64,000 nt of DNA from Planctomycetota bacterium (GTDB lineage: Bacteria; Planctomycetota; PUPC01; JACPCR01), in NCBI GenBank assembly GCA_016179685.1, contig JACPCR010000061.1, positions 28,336-92,335 on the forward strand. Reading direction: 5' to 3'. The stretch's first letter is position 1, and every line of letters starts with the position of its first letter. The notes under the pieces are model-generated. The model was not told the DNA's origin. It searched no databases and saw only the letters and a list, made by a program, of their open reading frames with translations. Made by a program: the position numbers and the translations under genes. Shown piece after piece: positions 57,630 to 64,000 of this stretch.

Positions 57630-59513
57630 ATGCTTCTGAGGCTATGGCAGGCTCTCCTCTTGTGCAGCCTATCACCCGCCTCGGGCGAGCCGGCGGTGAG
57701 GCGTGTGGTTCTTCTGCCGCTCATCCCGGCGAATCCGGCAGCCGAGAAGGTGGTGGAGGAGGTCGGGAAGCTCCTCGTGAACGAACTGGAGGTTCAACCC
57801 GAGCTGTCGTGTCGGGCATTGAGTCGTGCGGAATTACTGGCCCTCGAGCCGTGTCCCTTGAAGGCGTTCGTAGCATCGGCGAGCCACGCGGGCGGTGGGG
57901 CGGACGTGGTGCTCCTGGCCAGGGTTTCGGTCTTCGAGGCGTTGAGGGAGCTGGACATGACCCTTTTCGACGGCGGGGGAGAGGTGCTGGGCTGCGTTTG
58001 GGACCACGGCTACGCGGGGCCGAACGGGGGGCGTTTCGACCGGGTGGGCCGCGACGATCTGGCTCTGCCGAACGCGATGGAATACCTGGTAGGGAATATT
58101 CTTCAGGTCATGGATTTTCCGGCCCGGCCCAAGAGGTTGATCGCGGTGAGTCCGTTTGAGGACGCGGTGAGTGCGGGAGACTACCGGGAAGGTGTTGCCG
58201 TCCTGCTGGCGACGTGCCTATCGGACTCGGGTGAGGCGTGGGGCCTGGCCCGGCCGGGGGAGGTGACGGCACGCTGGGCGGGTCCTTTGGCCGAATCCAT
58301 GGAAGGGGCCTGCGGCGAGGCGACCCAGGCGGTGAAGGGGAAGGTCCACCTCGTGGGCGAGATTCCGACCATCCAGCTTTCCTTGGAAAGAAGCGGCCGC
58401 GAGGCGGAGACGGCCCAGCAGTCCTTTCAGGGGCCGCAAGCGCTGCGCGGGACGGTCCAGCAGCTCGCGCGGGCGCTGCGTTCCGGAGGCTCGGACCGGC
58501 TCATCTGGTCATTCCGGTCGGCGGCCCGCGCTTCCGGCTCGCCCGTCTTCAGCGAGGGAGCGGTCCATTTTACGGCGGAGGACGAACACCTCTATTCCAT
58601 CAGTCTGGCCAGTGGCGAGCTGCGCCATCAGGCCCTCGTGGAACACTCGGCACACGGCATGGGCACCGTCGGACTGGCCGGCCCCTTCCGGCTCGGCCAG
58701 GCGCTGGCCGTGGTGACCGAGAGAGGGAGCATCATCGGCTACTCGCCCAAGGACCTGAAGCCGCTTTGGCGAGCCTCCGTCGGATCGGCCCCGAGACCGG
58801 TCGGCCTGACGTCATCCGGCCTGTTTCTGGCGGCCGGAGACGAGTTGACCCTGGTCCGTGAGGATGGAAAGGTCGCATGGACCGCTGCGGTGTCGGGAAC
58901 GGTTTCCGGGGGGTGCGAGGCGGGCGGACGCTGGTTTTTCGGGAGCGGCGACCAGCGCTTCCACGGGGCGTCTGTCCTGGATGGCCAGGAAGCCTGGGCC
59001 ACCGATCTGGACGACCGACCGTGTGGCATACCTGCCGCGGACGCCGAGAGCATCTACTTCGGCACGGAGGATGCCCGATTTCACGCAGTCCGGCAGGCGA
59101 ATGGCGAGCGGCGGTGGTCGATCGATCTGGAGGACAGTGCGACCGGAGCTGCCCGGTTCATGGGCGGCCTGCTGCTCGTGCCCTGCTCGAGCGGATCGCT
59201 TTACGGAGTCGATCCCGCGGCAGGTCGGGTCTTCTGGAAGCAGAATCTCTGCGGGCGCGGCACGCCGCTGCTCGTGCCCGCTGGCGGCCGGATACTCCTT
59301 GTGCGGGCGGACGGCGTGCTCGAAGCCCGGTCGAATTTCGAGAAGACGCCGGACTGGACTTTCCAGATGCCGGCGCGGGCGCGGTTTCCGGCGCTCTTCA
59401 TTTCCAAGGCCGAGCTGGACGGGTCAGAGGATTTGGACGTCGAGGACCGCAGCTGGATCGTCGTTGGGGACGAGGCGTGCAACATGTTTGCTTTAGATGC
59501 GGGAGGTGAATGA
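57630..59513 (+). CDS. Secreted protein with PQQ-like (BamB-like) beta-propeller
   Basis: Signal peptide; repeated G...W propeller motifs (IYFGTED...GERRW, LYGVD...GRVFW). Confidence 0.78.
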   Translation: MLLRLWQALLLCSLSPASGEPAVRRVVLLPLIPANPAAEKVVEEVGKLLVNELEVQPELSCRALSRAELLALEPCPLKAFVASASHAGGGADVVLLARVSVFEALRELDMTLFDGGGEVLGCVWDHGYAGPNGGRFDRVGRDDLALPNAMEYLVGNILQVMDFPARPKRLIAVSPFEDAVSAGDYREGVAVLLATCLSDSGEAWGLARPGEVTARWAGPLAESMEGACGEATQAVKGKVHLVGEIPTIQLSLERSGREAETAQQSFQGPQALRGTVQQLARALRSGGSDRLIWSFRSAARASGSPVFSEGAVHFTAEDEHLYSISLASGELRHQALVEHSAHGMGTVGLAGPFRLGQALAVVTERGSIIGYSPKDLKPLWRASVGSAPRPVGLTSSGLFLAAGDELTLVREDGKVAWTAAVSGTVSGGCEAGGRWFFGSGDQRFHGASVLDGQEAWATDLDDRPCGIPAADAESIYFGTEDARFHAVRQANGERRWSIDLEDSATGAARFMGGLLLVPCSSGSLYGVDPAAGRVFWKQNLCGRGTPLLVPAGGRILLVRADGVLEARSNFEKTPDWTFQMPARARFPALFISKAELDGSEDLDVEDRSWIVVGDEACNMFALDAGGE

Positions 59514-59514
59514 C

Positions 59515-62500
59515 ATGCCGCGCAGGATGGATTCCCTTCGACTCGGGGCAGGCGCTTCAGTCGTGCTGCGGATTCCATGCGCAAGCGAAGAAGGGTCTCC
59601 CAGCGAATTCTTCTGGACCCGTCCCCGTGCCGCTTTGCTGATTCCCTGGGCTTGCCTGGCGATGGCGGTATTTCCGTTCCGCCAGTGCCCGGCTCAGGAC
59701 CTCGAGCCCGAGGAGGACACGGAGCTGGAAGCGGAAATGGAGGAGGAGACGGACTTTCAGTTTCTCGCCGACAGCGTGTATCTGGAAGCAGAGGAGTTCG
59801 AGGGGGTTTCGGCCGAAACGAAGCCCGGGGAGAAGGCCGGGTGGAAGGCCGAGGCGGACTCCTACGTGTGCCGCGAGGTGGCCGAGCCGTTGCCCGAGGG
59901 TGGGAAAATCCAGAGGCGGTTCGAGGTCCCCGCGGCCGGGGACTATGCGCTCTGGGTGCGGTATTTCTTGAAGCCGGAGCTGGCGGACCCCTTCGAGCTG
60001 GTCGTCCGGCAGGGCGACCAGGAACGGTTTCGAGGGAAGTTCTATGACCGGCCGGTGGAACGCGGCGTGACGGCCGCCGATCTGGAGAAGGGGCGGGGAC
60101 TATGGATAGACGACCCGGCGGTGCGGGAAGGGATATTCACCTCGGAGACTTTTGTGTGGGACCGGCGCGAGGTGAAGCTGGGGCCGGGTGAGGCATCCGT
60201 GGAACTGGAACACCACCCGCGTCCCTATCGGCAGCCGACGCGCTTCCGCGTGGACGGGTTGCTCCTGACGCGCTCGAAGTCATACCGGCCCGCCTTCCGG
60301 GACTTTCGGACCCTCTTCGTGCGCGTGAAGGTGCTGGAGATCGAGCCGGCGGATGCGGAGTTCACCTGCGCGTTCACGCTGCTGAGGCATGACGGGCACT
60401 ACACGTTCCGGGATGGCAGTCCGCGCTGGTGGTATGGCGGCGTGTGGGGCGTCACGGGGCCAAAAAAAGCGCCTTTGAAGGCCGGGGAGTACTCGGACTG
60501 GGTGAACATGGACGTGCACCTGAAGGAAGGCGCCCTGCCCTGTACCACCGCCGTGGAGTTGAAAGGGAAGAGCTTGGGCCGTTGCAGGGTCCAGCTCGAG
60601 GCCGCGTGGGGCATGCAGGACTCCCAGGTGGTGAAGCGGGTAGTCGAGGAGGGGATGCTGCCCCTGGCAGGTTTCGTTCTGCCCTGCCAGGACGTCAGGT
60701 CCAGAGACGAGGTGGTCCGCAGCGTCTGGCCGCAGCGATACCGTGATACCGTCCGGGGTATCTCCGAAGAGGCTTTGAAGCGCCTGGAGCTGGTGAGGTC
60801 GTTCGAGAGGTCCGCTCGGGCGCGGCCCGAGAAGGTCTGGGTGAGCATCGGTGCGGGCGGCTTTGGCGGCTATCACTCCTCGCCGGCCGTGTCGGAGGCG
60901 GAGGCGGAGGTGCTGGAGCGCATCGGGGCCAATGCGGGGGGGACCGGCGTGCCGGAGATCGATGGGCGGCACGGCATCGGCCCCGCTGGCTTCGGAGGAG
61001 CTGCGGACCCGCCGACGTATTATTCCGGAACGGTCTGCCCGTCGGGCCCCGCTTATGCCCGCGGCATCCGCGCGCATTACGAGCGCGAGGCCGCAGCCAT
61101 CCGGAAGAGCCGGCCCGGCGCGATCGAGTCCTACCGGCGCTTCAAGCTCGGCGACGAGATCGGCTACGCGACGACCGTCGCCCATGCGCGGCAGTGCTAT
61201 CACTGCATCCGGGCGTTCCATCGTTTCCTGGCCGAGAATGGATACCGGCCCGAGGATTTCGGCGAGAAGTCCTGGAATCCCTCCCTCCTGCCCCTGGAGA
61301 AGGACGCGGCGGAGGGCCGGATCGGACGCCTGCTCTACTTCAATACGATGCGGTTTCTAGCGACCCTGACGGGCCGGACCTACGCCCAGGCCACCCGGGC
61401 GGTCGAGGAGCACTTCTCACCCGACGTGAGGACGTATGCCAACTTCTCGCCGCACCCCATCACCCTCGGCAGCGGCATGGGCATGGACTGGTTCGAGCTT
61501 TCCCGGCAGCGCGGCGTCACCTTGGGCTGGGTCGAGGGCTGGATCACCATGGGAAGCTGGGGCGGACCTGGACTCCAGATTCTGTCCTACCTGACCGAGA
61601 TCATCCGGTCCGCTCACCGGAAGCAGCCGCCCGGCCCCCTGGGCTACTATCTGGTGGGCTCGACCGGCGGCATCCGGACCCAGTTCAACACGTTCCTGGC
61701 GCATGGGGGCAAGATGGTGGACGTCTACGGCTACGGCCCCCAGTATGCCGCGACGGAAACCTACTTCGCGGAGGACCCGGGCTCTTTGCGGGGCTGCGCC
61801 GACGGCATGACCTCGCTGGGGAAAGCGGACGCGCTCATCCACGCAGGATCGGACCGTCCGGCGGATACGGCGCTTCTCTACTCCCGGAGCGCGGAGCTGT
61901 GGCAGGAGGATACGGCGATCAATACGAACCGGAGGCTGATCTACCTGGCGCTGCTTCACCAGCATCTTCGAGTGGATATCCTGACGGAGGACGACCTGGT
62001 GGGCGGCGTCCTGGAGAAATACCGGGCGCTTTACCTCACTGGATTGAACGTGCGCCGTGACGGGCAGAAGGTGATTAGGGACTGGGTGGGCCGGGGCGGC
62101 GTGGTCTGGGCGGACGCGGGTTGTGCGATCCGGGACGAGTCGGACAGCCGATGCCGCGACCTGGACGAGGTTTTCGGCGCGAGCCACGTGCGGCTCGTCC
62201 AGGTGAAAACGAGCTACCACGAGTTCCAGTTTCCGAAGCTGAAAGACCTGGATGCGGCGACCTATGAGGCCTCGGAGCATTTTCCTGCCGGCCCGGCTCG
62301 GGTGGTGGGATACCGGGAGACCCTGAAGGCGGAGGGCGGGGAGGTCCTTGCCACGTTCCAGGATGGCAGCCCTGCGGCTCTGGTGCACGGTTTTGGGAAA
62401 GGCAAGGCCTTCCGTTTCGCCTATTTTCCCGCTTTCACGTACCGCCTGTACGCCACGCCGGAGGCGCTCTCGCTGCCGAACGGATACCGGGAGGAGGAGC

Positions 62501-62787
62501 GGCGCATCATCGCGCGTGCGGCGGTCACCGCGGGATGCCGGGGTCCCGTGGCCCTATCGGACCCCCTGGTGGAGCCGGGATTACTCGAATCCGCCGGGGG
62601 CCGGGCGCTGATCCTGGTCAACTTCCGTTTCAAGGAAATCCCGAAACTGGACGTGCGGGTGAGGTCCGTGCCCGGCGTCGGCCTCGTCGAATCGGTCTAT
62701 CAGGGTCCCTTGGACTTTCGGCAGGAGGGGGCGGACGTGTTATTCTCGATGCCGCTGGGAACTTCGGACGTGGTGATTTTAAGATGA
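59515..62787 (+). CDS. Large putative glycoside hydrolase with a beta-galactosidase trimerisation (GH42-like) domain
   Basis: GDEI and WVEGW barrel motifs; ALLYS, VDILTEDDL, WV..GG and FGKGKA in the C-terminal domain; start uncertain. Confidence 0.68.
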   Translation: MPRRMDSLRLGAGASVVLRIPCASEEGSPSEFFWTRPRAALLIPWACLAMAVFPFRQCPAQDLEPEEDTELEAEMEEETDFQFLADSVYLEAEEFEGVSAETKPGEKAGWKAEADSYVCREVAEPLPEGGKIQRRFEVPAAGDYALWVRYFLKPELADPFELVVRQGDQERFRGKFYDRPVERGVTAADLEKGRGLWIDDPAVREGIFTSETFVWDRREVKLGPGEASVELEHHPRPYRQPTRFRVDGLLLTRSKSYRPAFRDFRTLFVRVKVLEIEPADAEFTCAFTLLRHDGHYTFRDGSPRWWYGGVWGVTGPKKAPLKAGEYSDWVNMDVHLKEGALPCTTAVELKGKSLGRCRVQLEAAWGMQDSQVVKRVVEEGMLPLAGFVLPCQDVRSRDEVVRSVWPQRYRDTVRGISEEALKRLELVRSFERSARARPEKVWVSIGAGGFGGYHSSPAVSEAEAEVLERIGANAGGTGVPEIDGRHGIGPAGFGGAADPPTYYSGTVCPSGPAYARGIRAHYEREAAAIRKSRPGAIESYRRFKLGDEIGYATTVAHARQCYHCIRAFHRFLAENGYRPEDFGEKSWNPSLLPLEKDAAEGRIGRLLYFNTMRFLATLTGRTYAQATRAVEEHFSPDVRTYANFSPHPITLGSGMGMDWFELSRQRGVTLGWVEGWITMGSWGGPGLQILSYLTEIIRSAHRKQPPGPLGYYLVGSTGGIRTQFNTFLAHGGKMVDVYGYGPQYAATETYFAEDPGSLRGCADGMTSLGKADALIHAGSDRPADTALLYSRSAELWQEDTAINTNRRLIYLALLHQHLRVDILTEDDLVGGVLEKYRALYLTGLNVRRDGQKVIRDWVGRGGVVWADAGCAIRDESDSRCRDLDEVFGASHVRLVQVKTSYHEFQFPKLKDLDAATYEASEHFPAGPARVVGYRETLKAEGGEVLATFQDGSPAALVHGFGKGKAFRFAYFPAFTYRLYATPEALSLPNGYREEERRIIARAAVTAGCRGPVALSDPLVEPGLLESAGGRALILVNFRFKEIPKLDVRVRSVPGVGLVESVYQGPLDFRQEGADVLFSMPLGTSDVVILR

Positions 62788-62967
62788 ACTGCAACGACGA
62801 AAACGACAAGAAGAGATTCAGGGACAGGTGGGGCGATACCGCCACGTACTCAAGAGAGCCCTCTTGGCCCTGTCCGCCGGAGCGGCCCCGCGGAGGTGGA
62901 AGCCGCCGCAAAGGCGGGAAGGAGTTGGGGTCAAGGACGTGGAGAAGTTCGCGGAGGCAGCGGTTCT

Positions 62968-63155
62968 ATGAAATAGGATCCGAGCCAACAGCACCGCAGG
63001 TCAATTCGCCTGAAGGGGTACGATGATTCCCAGGCCGGGGCGTCTTTCGTCACGGTCTGCGCGAAGAATCGTTGAATCGCATCTGGGAATACATCATCAA
63101 CAAACCGTTACGATGGGAATGGGACCAGGAAAGCCCGTTGTCGGCGTGGTTTTGA
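62968..63155 (+). pseudogene. Internally deleted REP-associated tyrosine transposase (RAYT / IS200-like Y1)
   Basis: MK*DPSQQHRRSIRLKGYDDSQAGASFVTVCAKNR joined out of frame to EESLNRIWEYIINKPLRWEWDQESP. Confidence 0.8.
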
Positions 63156-64000
63156 CGCCTCCAGGCGAGGGCGGCATCGGGGTCCTGCAGGTAGTCGGGA
63201 CCGATGCCGTGAAGGTGCTGGAGCTTGTGTTCCGCGGCAAGAGCGACGGGCCCCCGGGCGGCCCCTGGACGCCGGGCGAGCTGCGGCTGGGCAGGCTCAT
63301 GGACGGGAAGGATGTCCTGGACGAGGCGATGGTCTGCGTCCTGCCGGGCGACCCGCCCGCAGTCGAAATCCAGTGCCATGGGGGTCAGGAGACGATCCGG
63401 CGCATCCTCCGCTGCCTGGAGGCGCAGGGGGTCAAGCTGGTGAAGCCGCCGGAATGGCTGAGCCTGAGCGCCTGTCGGATGGGGCTGGACCGCATCCAGT
63501 GCGAGGCGGCGGAGGCGATACCCTGGGCTCGGAGCGAACTGGCGTTGTCGCTGCTCCTGGCGCAGCACGAGGGAGCGCTTTCAGGGTTCGTCCGGGACCT
63601 GGCGGGGGGCCGTGTCGGCAAGGCGGAAGTCGAGGCCCTGCTGCGGCGGCCGCGCTGGGGCGAGGTTTTGTGCTGCCCCCGCCGGGCCGTGCTGGCAGGC
63701 CCACCCAACGCCGGCAAGAGCAGCCTGTTCAACCGCCTCCTCAAGGAGGATCGCGTGATCACCGCAGAGTCGCCCGGGACGACGCGGGATGCGATCGCCG
63801 AGGAAGTGCTGGTCCGGGGCGTTCCCGTGGTGCTCGTTGATACGGCAGGCCTGAGGGAAACGGAGCACCCGGTCGAGAAGCTGGCCATCGAGGTTTCGGT
63901 GCGGGAGCTGGCCCAAGCGGACCTGGTCTTGTTCGTTTTCGATGCTTCGCTTCCACTCGACGAGGCGGTTCTCGGGAATTACCGTTCGGTGTGCGGGCGC
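63119..64000 (+). CDS. mnmE: tRNA modification GTPase MnmE-like (partial, runs off the window end)
   Basis: LTPPGEGGIGV, EIQCHGG, GPPNAGKSSLFN, PGTTRD and DTAGLR motifs. Confidence 0.85.
   Translation, partial: MGPGKPVVGVVLTPPGEGGIGVLQVVGTDAVKVLELVFRGKSDGPPGGPWTPGELRLGRLMDGKDVLDEAMVCVLPGDPPAVEIQCHGGQETIRRILRCLEAQGVKLVKPPEWLSLSACRMGLDRIQCEAAEAIPWARSELALSLLLAQHEGALSGFVRDLAGGRVGKAEVEALLRRPRWGEVLCCPRRAVLAGPPNAGKSSLFNRLLKEDRVITAESPGTTRDAIAEEVLVRGVPVVLVDTAGLRETEHPVEKLAIEVSVRELAQADLVLFVFDASLPLDEAVLGNYRSVCGR

Overview
GC-rich bacterial window, probably Planctomycetota/PVC-like (inferred from a DUF1559-like domain, giant secreted glycan-processing proteins and the repeat types). Housekeeping genes are acs, folC, nth, lipA, bioB, gpsA and a partial mnmE. 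Also present: a TIGR03960/TIGR03936-type radical SAM fusion, a vapBC toxin-antitoxin pair, a sugar-acid catabolic cluster with tandem uxuA paralogs, large secreted proteins and three GT-C-type glycosyltransferases. The most unusual signal is non-coding: a dispersed family of ~48-bp palindromes with a conserved AAGTGC-ACCC-GCACTT centre and arms that differ between copies yet stay self-complementary. Three of them belong to a larger nested-stem element with a 59-bp conserved core, present twice. Other REP-like repeats, an internally deleted RAYT-like transposase overlapping the mnmE start, further gene remnants and small low-GC cassettes lie nearby. BioB lacks most canonical [2Fe-2S] ligands. 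No rRNA, tRNA or CRISPR array was seen. All family calls are from motif recognition by eye; no database search was run.
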